A DNA stretch of 64,000 nt. Source: Vermamoeba vermiformis (Eukaryota). The notes below the pieces were generated by a model. That model saw nothing but the letters and a program-made list of their open reading frames with translations. It ran no database searches and was not told where the DNA came from. This document shows, piece by piece, positions 12,359 through 26,128 of this stretch. Every line of letters begins with the position of its first letter. Position 1 is the first letter of the stretch. Made by a program: the position numbers and the translations under genes. The stretch spans positions 434,001 to 498,000 of the forward strand of contig JBEWZL010000077.1 of assembly GCA_045837725.1 (NCBI GenBank), given 5' to 3'.

Positions 12359-12730
12359 TGCGATTGCTATTGATGCGACGGCAATCAGTCCTATCAAATA
12401 CAAATAAAAATTCGTATTTTCGGATGCGGCCCGATCTCACCTCTACAAGCTGCCTCCATCTCTACTAGCTGCCTTGTGGTACGTATTCAAATCTATAGTT
12501 CTTCAGTGTCGTAACTAACTTTCCGTCATGATTGCGCATCTACCAGGGTCAATTACCATATTTAGCTGAGCGTACATAAAGTTTATTGTACAAAATCGCG
12601 ATTTACAAAGCATTATTGTCGACAGTATTGAATACATCATGTTCTTATTGATTCTATAGCGATTGTGAAACCAAAGATTTACTTTCGAGCTTGCGAAATC
12701 TGGAAGCCATCGATTGATCAAGACTCGAGA

Positions 12731-15700
12731 ATGAAGAAGCGTCATTTAGGCATCTTTGGATGGAATAAAAAACGGCTATCTGAAAAGAAGTCGAAGGTGA
12801 ACTCCAAAGAGCTGAAACCAACTTTGAAACAGTTGCACGATGCGATCTACGAAGAAAAGATAGCACAAGTTAAACAAATAATAGAAGCGGACGCAGAATT
12901 AATAAATCAAAAGAAAAATGCCAGGACTGCATTGCATGTTGCTGCTAGAAGCGGAAACAGCGAACTGGTGGAATTGTTACTCGCTCATGGAGCCAACCCG
13001 AATATTGCTGACGATGCGGGATGGACTGGCATTCATTGTGCAGCATTTTCTGGAAATCTAAAAACGTTGGAAGCGCTCATTAAAGACAAGAATGTGAATC
13101 TGGCCGTAAAAAATGCGGACGAAAATACCGCCTTGCATTATATAGCAAGGCATTGCATGGATGTGCCTGATTCTATCCTTAACGAGTTCATCAAGGTTCG
13201 TATTATTTCTTATATGATATTGCATTCGTTCAAAAAATCTCGATAGCAGCTAAACTTTCGGATCAGGGGGGAATCGACGTGAACGCGCGGAATTCGAGTG
13301 GCGAAACCCCGCTGCATAATTCTTGTTGGAAGGGGAATGTTAGGATAACAGAATGGCTGTAAGTAATGATTTAAAATTTTAATTTGTACTGATCTTCCGC
13401 AGCTTAAAAAATAAAGCAAACACTGAAATACGGACCGACAAGGTAATCATTTAATATTAGAGTCTGTCAAAATATTCTAAAGTAACATGCCTCTTTCATA
13501 GCAAGAGACGCCGTTGCATTGGGCTGCAAGAGCAGGGCAAACCAAAATTGCCGAAATGCTGATCGCAGTAGGTGCATCGTTAACTGCCTCTGGTAAGTCG
13601 GAATACTTTATGTGAGTATAAAATATATTTATACATATTCTTAAGGTATTGAGGGAACACCGTTTGAAGTTGCTGTACCGATCGACAAACTAAAAAAGAT
13701 GCTCAAAGTGGATCTTAGCGCAGTCGTCAAAAATACACCAGAAAGCAATGCCAACAATAATAACAGCCTAACGATAGGAAGGCGCGATGTTAAATCAAAT
13801 AGCGTTGGATGCGTCGAAGACGGTACAAATTTATTGACAAAAACGCTTGATATTCCCTCGTCAGGTTCGTATAGCATCACACTGACCTCATATCTCTATT
13901 TTACTCGTATTAACGTTAATTAGGATCCTCCAAAATCAATTTGTTGAATTCGCCAATTAAGGCAATTCCACCGTTATCACCAACGGCTCCACGAACGAGG
14001 AGTAGCAGTTTTAGCAAGGCTAGTAATAGATTATACCTTAAAGATGAGCTATCAACAAATACGTAAGTAATTTTTGAAAAAAATTGTTACAAGCAAAGAT
14101 CCGCTTCGTCATTATTTAGCCAGCTTAAGATCTAATACCAATTTTCATTTTAGTAAATCGGACAGCCGTATTAAATTAGAAGGACAAATGAGAGCCACAT
14201 TAGAGGCAGAATTAATCGACGAGCTTGTTGAATTCTGCAAGACCAACTCATTGCTAGCGATTATTTCAAAAGTATTAGAATCAAAATCGTGGAGTTGGTC
14301 AGAAAAATATGAAGACAATAAGATTGAAATGCTTAAATGGATTTGCGAGTTCGTCGAAAAAGACAAAAAATACCAGTACGTTTAAACGACTAACTATTTT
14401 TGTATTTGGCGTAGTACTAATGAAAATTATAACGATAGATATTTGGAATATTTATATCTGAAATACAAGGATAAGATCAAAATTGAAGTCAAAGATACTG
14501 ATGAGTCGTTCTCTGACTCGGATGAGCATTTAGCATTTAGCAGTGCCTCGTTCGATTCCTTGGATACTTCAGACGCAGTAAGTAGCATAAATATAACATT
14601 AATATTCCTTAGGCCTGTTATTAATGTATTTTGCTAGTTTACTTCTTCGCCTGGGACTTCAGTTTCATCGGCTGATGAAGGTTACATGAGGAAATCCAGG
14701 CGGCTGACTCTACGCGAAAAGAAATTAACGCCATATAGTTGGGAATTAGATTTGAACGAGTGTATTGCCAGCGAAGTTATAGGTCAAGGCGGATTTGGTC
14801 TCGTGTACCGGTACGAAACTTATGACCAGCATTAGATATTCAGTAATATTTAAGCTAATGATTTCTATTATTATAGAGGTTCATATAAGAACGAAGAAGT
14901 AGCGATTAAGCAGTTAAAAACCGATGAGCTGGGCGATGACGATATGATGGCTTTTCTGAAAGAAATCTCAATTATGAGCTCGTTGAAACACGAGAATATA
15001 TTGAAATTTAAGGGCGCGTGCGTGGTAGATGTTATTTGCTTAGTTACCGAGTTCGCGCACAAAGGAGATCTGCGCACGTACTTGCTGAAGAACCAAGTGG
15101 ACACGAGCAGAAAACTCGACTTTGCTCTTCAAATAGCCAAAGCGATGGTAAGTATCATAATGTTGCTATTATTGTGCATCGTTACTAAGTATTGTTCTAG
15201 CACTATTTGCATTCGCAAGATCCGCCAATCGTCCATCGAGATCTGAAATGTTCGAACGTTTTGGTCGATAAGGATGACTGTATTAAAGTGTCTGATTTCG
15301 GCCTGAGCAAGCACGCGTCGAGCGGTGGAAACACGCGAATGGGCACACTGAATTGGATCGCGCCAGAAATTCTCAGGAACGCTGGACCCTTCACTGAGAA
15401 AGCGGATGTGTTTTCCTATGGAATTGTTGTGTGGGAGATTTTCACCAACGGACAAATACCATACCAAGGGCTACAACCTCTACAAATAGTTCGAGCCATT
15501 GACGAAGGCGTACGACCTGAAATGTAAGTCACTGATTGCATCCGGACCTCGCATCTATTAATAATTGCTTTAATTTATTGGCGCATTTGATTAATGTTTG
15601 TTATTCTAGACCTAGTACGGTGGAAGAACGAACAAAGAAGTTAATAGAGCAATGCTGGGACGATGACCCAGATCAACGACCTTCGTTTGTACAGATAATT

Positions 15701-15739
15701 TCAATACTTGAAAATATTATCAAAAATACTAGGCAATAA
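12731..15739 (+). CDS. Ankyrin-repeat TKL (tyrosine-kinase-like) protein kinase
   Basis: Ankyrin repeats (TALHVAA, TGIHCAA, TALHYIA, TPLHWAA). Kinase motifs IGQGGFG, VAIK, HRDLKCSN, DFG, GTLNWIAPE, CWDDDPDQRPSF. Confidence 0.9.
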
Positions 15740-15817
15740 AATCCTCGATAAAACAATAGAAAAAGAATATTACAGATTTACTTACTGGCGTAGATCGAGA
15801 AACAAAAAAATTTTGAA

Positions 15818-15914
15818 TGGAGCGCCGCTGAGTAGAGCGGATACCTTGAGAGGTTGGCCAAGACCGCCGAAGCGGAATTCCCTTAGAAAGGGACTCTAAG
15901 TGCACGACACCCCA
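15818..15914 (-). ncRNA. Putative structured small RNA of unknown family
   Basis: GC-rich island in AT-rich intergenic DNA. Terminal stem TGGGGTG/CGCTCCA encloses four hairpins, including CCGC-TTCG-GCGG. A T7 tract follows, and TCCCACAA lies about 60-66 nt upstream. Confidence 0.6.
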
Positions 15915-15971
15915 ATAACATTGACGTTGCCACATCTAGACAAAACTGAGCGCGAATCCGTTGAAAATTAG

Positions 15972-15980
15972 TTGTGGGAC
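15972..15980 (-). promoter_or_regulatory. DUSE/USE-like snRNA-type upstream element
   Basis: GTCCCACAA on the minus strand fits the Dictyostelium DUSE consensus WCCCAYAA and the plant USE core RTCCCACA, at the expected spacing from the structured RNA. Confidence 0.55.
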
Positions 15981-16363
15981 GGATATCTGCGTCATGGTGT
16001 CAGTAAGCAAACGTTAAGTGTTATTGTTGTTTGCATTATGTTGCTTGTAAAATTGAAACTGCGGACAAAGAAAATCTTTTTTTTGTGAGTCAAGAGGAAA
16101 TTTGACCAGCGTTCAAGATCAGGACCACAGCTAGCAGTATTTAAGCTTGAAAGGTACGCGATTGAACATCTTAATTGTACTCTTGCAGTTTTCTGCCTCA
16201 TGTAATCTATTTGAAATCGTTATTGAATTGGAGTTATTATTAGATGTGGCTAATTTCACATCAAAAATATTAGTCAATCGCTTAAAATCACAACGATGCT
16301 AAATTTATTGTCAGATCATAGTTTTGCCCTGTTAGTAATTTTCTTTACAATTTTCATTACCAG

Positions 16364-19106
<2,743 letters not shown>

Positions 19107-19266
19107 AAGGTCTAACTGTAATTCTAGTACGTAAATCTACTTAAATTATCGTATTGTTTATTTATTGATAGGAATTCTCTTTATATATTAAAAAAAATTG
19201 GATTTTTTGTCGAACTATTTTCCTGGAAATTATTCTTTTATTCCTCCTTGAGTTCATACCGAATCC

Positions 19267-20712
19267 TCACCATCGCCTAAAATTCATATCAAAGCTCGTA
19301 GTTGTCTCTTTTGCATTGGTGTTAGTGAGCATAATCGCAGCGTTGAAGTAGATATTGTCGATTGCATCTGCCATTGACTCGTTGCCAGTGTGCTCAGCTC
19401 CGATTTGCTTATGTTTGTACACTTCTAAGCCCTTCTTGTTCCAAAAGAACACTGTGCCCGGTTTGTCCGTCTTAGGCACTTTTTCACCACGTATCATTCG
19501 CGCCATGTCCTCGGTTAGGAAGCGATAGACTTCGCCATGAAGGGAGTAGAAAGAATGGGATGAGCTTGAGTCGTCCGTGTAATGTTGACTGACGACCACG
19601 GGAAGAAGGTCAATAGTGAACGAAGGCTCTTTTGACAGCTCTTCTAGCAGTACTTTGTCGTTGCCTTTGAGACTCTTCAACGAGATGCCTTTCTGAATGT
19701 AATCGAACTCGGTCAAAATTCCAATATGTCTGAACGGACAACGCTTGATGTGTTTAATCAACGACGCAATATTGTGGTCCAATATGAGTGGCTTGGTGCG
19801 GTTGAGAGTGATAGCAAGTTTGGTCTTTCGAACTGAATCGTTTTCCTTGCAAATGTTGTAAGTCAATGCAACGCGGTATCCTTCAATCACTGGCGTTATT
19901 TCGTGCTCTCTGTCGCAGAAAAACGCAGTCACGCTGTTTTTTTCAGTGAAAGTCTCGCCTCCGTGACGAACGACCAATTTTCCACCTTCGTGTGCTCCAC
20001 GAAGCCTGACAACCATCGTGCCAACCATATTCGGGTACCGCGGAGTGTCTTTGTGAGGTTTGAAATGTCCTCCGACCTCGTACAAGTTCAATTTGTACGG
20101 CTCCAAGTACAGCGTGTCGTCTTGGAACTCGTCTTGCACGCGTTCTAAAAGCTTCAATAACTCTTGTTTGTGATGGTCTACGGGAGTCTTCGGGTCAGAC
20201 CGACTGTTCCATGCAAGTTTCTTGTAGAACACAATCCTGTCGTAGTCGATCGTCAGGCCAGATCGCACATCCGGATCTACTTTTGTGGTCATCGTTTTCA
20301 AGTCGCCAAATGGAGCGGGACTACATTGCTCCTTGATTTTATTGATGTTTAGCTCCCCATATCCATCGCAATCAACGAGTGTGGTTCCATCAGCGGATTT
20401 GATCTGCAAACAAAGTTCATGAAGCTCGGTATCGCCAAGATTGAAAGCGAATTCAAAAGATTTGTATGCGTTCCTAATGGCCAATCACAAAGAAGAAATT
20501 TGGGCGTCGGACGGATTGATGTATATATATTTTTGCTTCGGCGCATTTGCATATGGATCTTCTTCTTCTCCTTCCCAACGTAGGGGTCCAGATTCTTCGG
20601 CTAAATTTCCGAGGCAAGTACCATAGTCTTCGAGTTGGTTAAAGAGATTGTAGAAGGTGTGGTACTTGAGGACTTCTTCGGTCGATGCTGGATCTACATT
20701 AAAGTTCAGCAT
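19267..20712 (-). pseudogene. Intronless 2OG-Fe(II) oxygenase interrupted by one in-frame TGA (pseudogene, readthrough or sequence error)
   Basis: YKLNLYEVGGHFKPHKDT (HxD), EHEITPV and GYRVALTY are intact. ORFs 20485-20712 and 19267-20484 are in the same frame, separated only by the TGA at 20487-20485. Confidence 0.7.
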
Positions 20713-21322
20713 TTTGGGAGCTCAAACAGGGTTCTTAATTGATGATAAATTCGTAAGTATGGTGCACTGTACTGCGAAATACTAAAAATGATTTCAACCA
20801 GGAGCACAAAAAATCTTGTTTTGATGCAAATTTCCGTAGCGAAACTCGAGGAAGAATGTCTGCAAACTTTACGTTGAATTTCAGTAATGAAATGCTTTGT
20901 AAACTCGGTACTGGCAACGTCAAACTTCGAAGATTTGGCGTCGGAGCTAGAACTAGTTCTGTCCTCGATATCAGTCTACGAACTTTTAAACTTGAAGTCG
21001 CATGAAATTTCAGCCACGCTATAGGCTCAGTCATGAATTCATCGTGCATCATATTGCGACACTGAACGATACCAAATTTGGTAACTGAACAACGAATAAA
21101 TACGCTGATCGCCTTCAGTGCGTGGAAACGAGAAACCCTTTCCAAATCACGTTGACGATACCCAAGAACCAATCATACGAGTGGTGAAAGGCGTTATGAA
21201 GCTTATTTGATGCGCTTAATTAGAAGTTGTCAAAATGTCACGGAAAAACGCCCTTTCTTCTGGTAGTTCGCGGAAATTATTACAATAATCCAAGCAAAGA
21301 AGAGACAAGAAGAGCCGTATCG

Positions 21323-22417
21323 ATGAGCTATCCTTTAGAAAAAGATAAAACAGGTCGAGCTAGATGCACCGTTTGTTGCGAGAAGATTGCAGCAGGAGAT
21401 ATAAGAGTTGCGTATGGAAAAGGCAAGCACGCACATCTTACTTGCTGGAAGGTATAAAAATATAGACTAGATTAGTTAAATAAGTAGTTTTGTTGCAAGA
21501 GAATTGAGCCAAAAATTTCTTCGAATTAATTAAAGATTTGATTACAGGCAAAAGAACCGATAACCAAGAACTACTTTCACTGGAGCGATAAGGATATGAC
21601 GCCAGATGATATAAATAAAATTAACGCGTACATTGAGGCCAATCGTAAGTTGATCTGTTCTACTTTCAAAATTAACAACGTTGCATAACTAGAAAATGGC
21701 TCCAAAAAGCGCAAAGCTGCTGATAATATCGATGAGACTAAAGTTAAGAAGATGAAGACGGAGATTTTGGCGAATGATGAAGTTTGGGATCTGAACGAAT
21801 CCAAATTTTCAGCGCCGATCACTTTAATGTCAACGGAGATTATGAATATGATATTTACGGAATTAGATTATCTATCGTTATCTAATTCCTCGCTAGTCTG
21901 CAAGCAATGGCTCGTTCTAGCTACCGAAGATGATTTGTGGAAACGTAAGATCCAAATCCGCAATTCTTTCGACTAATTTCGCTCAGAAATATGCATCGAT
22001 CATAATATGGATTCTAAGAAATCGGGAGATCATAGTTGGAGAGCTCATTTCAAGGCCTGTTTGGTAAATTAGTTTCGTCGAAATTGGATCCGGTCTAAAA
22101 ATTAACTTGTTATTATTCAGTATATTTGTTACAACTGCAAGAAAATGCGTAAGGAAGGTCAAGCGGATTATAGGTTCTTTGCGCCATTAGGAGCTTATAT
22201 GTGCTTCAAGTGCATCCGCTTGAAAAAGTTCGCAATGCTCAGTAAATGGGAGTGCAGAGCTGATTACGGCTTTAAAGAAAGTGAATTGCTTAATGCGGGC
22301 TTAAAATTTGTTATTAGAGATGGCTGCAGACATTTCCTCAAGTCTCAGGTCCTTGCCTTGCATCAATTAAAATTGGACGAAGCCAACGCGCTAGATGCCG
22401 AAAGCGATGACGAATAA
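21323..22417 (+). CDS. PARP-type zinc finger + F-box + XPA-like C-terminal domain protein
   Basis: EKDKTGRARCTVCCEKIAAGDIRV...HAHLTC (zf-PARP); LMSTEIMNMIFTELDYLSLSNSSLVCKQW...DDLWK (F-box); CYNC...CFKC...MLSKWECRADYGFKESEL...HFLKSQV (XPA-like). Confidence 0.75.
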
Positions 22418-22619
22418 AAGGCCAAATGATATTTCAGTGATACATATAACGTATTACATATCATTATTATGGCTTATAATTGTAATTCTAAATTAGTTGG
22501 AGCGATCCGACTCACCTCAAAAAATAAATTTCATTCAATTCAATTCTAATCTAAAGTTCCTCATCGATATAGCATTAACAATGAATTATTTACCTTATTT
22601 ACTGATAACGAGCGCTATC

Positions 22620-23815
22620 CTAATGCTTCAACAAGAAACTAAGATCCGCGTTGACTTTGAATTGCTTCGGGACTTGATTCTTCTCGAATAGGATTGCACC
22701 AGCTTCGGTACCAATAAGCGTGAGCTTATCTCCTTCACGATGCAGGATACCTCCTTCGCGTAAGCCTAGTACAGGTGTATCATTTTCTTCATGAAATTCC
22801 TAGAACAAAAAATATAATTTAATACAGCGTTCAACGGCAATTATTAGGTGCAATTCATGTGCCATTATGAAAGTTTACGTACTCTTAATCGTTCCTCTCG
22901 TGTCTCGCCTTTGTGAGTTGAATTTGGATCCGCGTCAATGAAGTGAGGGTTGATTTGGAACGGGACAAGCTTCAACGCATCAAATGAAGGAGGATATATG
23001 ACTATACGCATAATATTAATATTAAGCGCCATTGTTAAACAAATTAATAACCTGCGCCTTAAGTTCTTTTGGCGCGAGGTCTAGTACGTACTTGGCATAT
23101 CATTTGTAGTCTTAATTGACAGTGTAGCGACATTAGTACCTGCACTAGAGCCCATATAAGGCATGCCTGAGTCTATAACGCAAATAATTATTAGAAACAA
23201 GACCAAAAAAAAAGATCCAGATCCACATCGCGCGTATTATTAATAATTAATAATTAAACAACATATAATGCAATAGTAATATATGCATTACGTACCAACT
23301 CGTTTACGAATGGATTCGATCAAATTGTTCTTGTACAAAGTGTTTAATAATCGGAATGTGTTGCCTCCACCTGCGCGAGCAATTATTACGCCGAAATAAT
23401 ATCATTATGGAATTACCGATAAATATGGCCTCGGCATTCGAAACAGCCTCGACAGGGTTGGTTTCGTGGTGAATTGAGTGGATGGTGTAGCCAATCTCTT
23501 GAAAAGGAGCTTGGACCTTTTTCTCGTACGCTATAATATTATACATAAATTAGTATAATTATTTTATACTAGAAGAAAGAGCTTAATGCGTTGCAAATTG
23601 AAAAATTAATTGAAAAATTGAATTTAAATTTGTCTCGTGCTTAGATCGCACAAAAAATTATTCTTACCATCATGATCGTGTAGTGCATAAGGAATGAATA
23701 ATACTTTTTTGATTTGTGGACCTAAAAAGCTCTTAATATGTCCCTTGGCGTATTCCAAATATCCCGTCGGATGTACCGTTGAGCTGCTAAGCAACAATAA
23801 ACGTCTCACAGCCAT
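22620..23815 (-). CDS. pepE: Alpha-aspartyl dipeptidase (peptidase E, family S51)
   Basis: [49 protein letters not shown] and GLREG across six or seven exons. Confidence 0.93.
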
Positions 23816-23999
23816 AATTAATCACGTATAATCTAGTTGTGCTTAATGTACTTAAAGAAAGAAGTATTGACGCGTCGTAACATTTTTTTACGGAGATATC
23901 TTGGGAGATCTAGATCTCGTGACCGAAAAAAAATCTCCACACCCCCGAAAGGCAGAATTTTATCTCACAAGCCAGAAGAACACCACAAGTGACACAAAG

Positions 24000-25968
24000 A
24001 TGGTTAACGTATCGTTTTCTTCCTTGCTTGTGCTCCTGTTAGTTGGATGCGCTGCCGCGCAATTTAGATTCAGCACTTCGGACACTACTTGCAGCAACTT
24101 CGTGCAATGGAATAGACTCGCCTTACCCACGACTGCAACGGCTCCCACTAGACGCTTCGATATGGCTGTTGCTGTGGATCCCAGAACAAATAATTTATTT
24201 GTGACCGGCGGAACCTCAGACACCTTCGCTGTCGCCTCTGATTTGTTTAAATTCAATCCAGGTAATATTCATGATTCCATATGTTCATTTAGATATTAGC
24301 GCGCGATCTTGCGGTAACCGTTTTGAAATCTGCTTATTTTATTCTTTACGCCAATTGCTTGCTAACCTTAATATTATCGTGTAGAAAAGTCTGAGTGGAT
24401 TGCATCGCAAGCGGAGAATGACACTACTCCTGGACCCATTTCAGACCACACCGCGACTTACTTCAACAGATCCTTGTTAATTTTTGGTGGAAAGGTCTCT
24501 GACAATGAATTAAAGAACAGCTTATATATCTATGATATTGGTAAGTATATTTACATGTAGATTTTTAATTCATTATGACATGTCATTTCGGAGCGGACCG
24601 GATGTCCTTGTGCTTTGATTCATTTTCATAATTTTTGCTTGATTTGCGTATCTCTAATTCTTTTTGTTCATATGATCAATCTTCTTAGTCTCGATTATGC
24701 ATTAATCTTGACCTAATACGTGTATTTAAAATAGATAAGGATTCTTGGACCAATCCCAATACCACCAACACTCCTGCACCCCGTTACGGTCATAGCGCTG
24801 CCATCTACAACAACGCTTTGTTCATTTTTGGCGGTAGATTCACCGATGGTTCTCAAACTAACGAACTTTGGAGCTTGAATCTGTGTAAGTCTCAACGAAA
24901 AAATGTTCTCGTTCGGCTAATGCCCGCGGATATTCATACTATATTTAAAGAATTACTTCTACTGTCAAATGCTCAATAGACAAATACTCGTCCATTTTGC
25001 CTAAAAAAGTAATTACGGATGTAGTTCCGAAATTAATGATTTGTGCTTGCAGCGACCTTCAACTGGACTCAACACTTCTCCACTAAAAACCCTATTCCTC
25101 GTTTGTGGCACACTACTGTTTTGTTGAACAACAAGTGGATCCTTTACGGAGGTTACAACGGAACATCGGGAACATCCGACGTTTGGAGCCTTGATTTTGG
25201 TACGGTATCTTACAATATGTCTTATAACATATAACATGAGCATTCTAGCGCTTTTTTAGTCCGATTAGCGCTTACACAAAAGTCTGTTACATCCGGCAAC
25301 TTTTCGAAACATTACAAACCCACCCTAATCATGATCAAAGTCGTTAACTATTATATATTAATATTTTAATATGTAGCTACCCTTCAATGGACTGAAATCT
25401 CTTCCACGTCCCCTCTGGATCCCAGATCGGGTCACGTCGCTTTTGTTTTGGAAGGAGAAATGTTTGTCGTTGGTGGCGAGTACGACGACCCTAATGGATT
25501 GATTTTGAACAACAACGACGTCTGGTCTTTTGATCCTGGTAAGTTTGAGACCTGCAAGTCTCCAATGGAATCGCATCCGCTATCGCGAGACGTTTTGACC
25601 CTTAAGATTCAATTATTTCAATTTCATACGGCCTAATTCACGTTACTATTCACATATATATACTGATATTAATTTAATTAGCCACTAACGAGTGGACTAT
25701 CTGGTGCTCCGTTGGTAACTCCATCCACCCTCGTCTCGGTGCTCGTGGTGACGTTGCTACTCTCGGTGGTGTTACTGGTGGACTTATCTTCGGTGGTCTT
25801 ACTACTGACACTGCTTTCAATGCCGTCTACGCTTACAACGATGTTTGGGCCATGAGCCTCGTGCCTAGCCCTCCTACCGCTCCTACTGCTCCTCATACTC
25901 CTCATACTAACCACGCCACTACTCTCACTTTGACCACCGCTGCTATTGCTACTGCAGCTTTGTTCTAA
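24000..25968 (+). CDS. Secreted Kelch-repeat beta-propeller protein, probably GPI-anchored
   Basis: Signal peptide; six Kelch-like blades (LFVTGG, LIFGG, FIFGG, ILYGG, FVVGG, LIFGG, with downstream W); Pro/Thr linker; hydrophobic C-terminus NHATTLTLTTAAIATAALF*. Confidence 0.85.
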
Positions 25969-26128
25969 AAAATTTGTGGATCTGCATCAAAATAAACGTT
26001 GATTGTACTCAACAAATATGAATATGACGCGCTTTAAAAGTTTATAAGGATCCATCTTAAAATAAAATATTTATAAATACATTTACACTCTTACAAAACA
26101 AAATTGAGTAAAATCTTTTGGATGCGTT

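Noticed and set aside
15776-15792. TACTTACTGG resembling the U1 snRNA 5' end
   Set aside because: It lacks the CC of ACTTACCTG, and no U1 stem-loops follow.
15818-15914. tRNA or tRNA-Sec identity for the structured RNA
   Set aside because: No TTC T-loop, no D arm and no 7-nt anticodon loop in the right order.
19200-19266. ATGA...AA...GA pattern downstream of the 2OG oxygenase as a possible SECIS
   Set aside because: Helix II has only a few scattered pairs, and the TGA is not in a redox-motif context.
20735-21172. 145-aa minus-strand ORF with LRR-like PNLRSLTL
   Set aside because: Non-ATG start, only one or two weak repeats and no assemblable gene model. It may be a relic but is unsupported.
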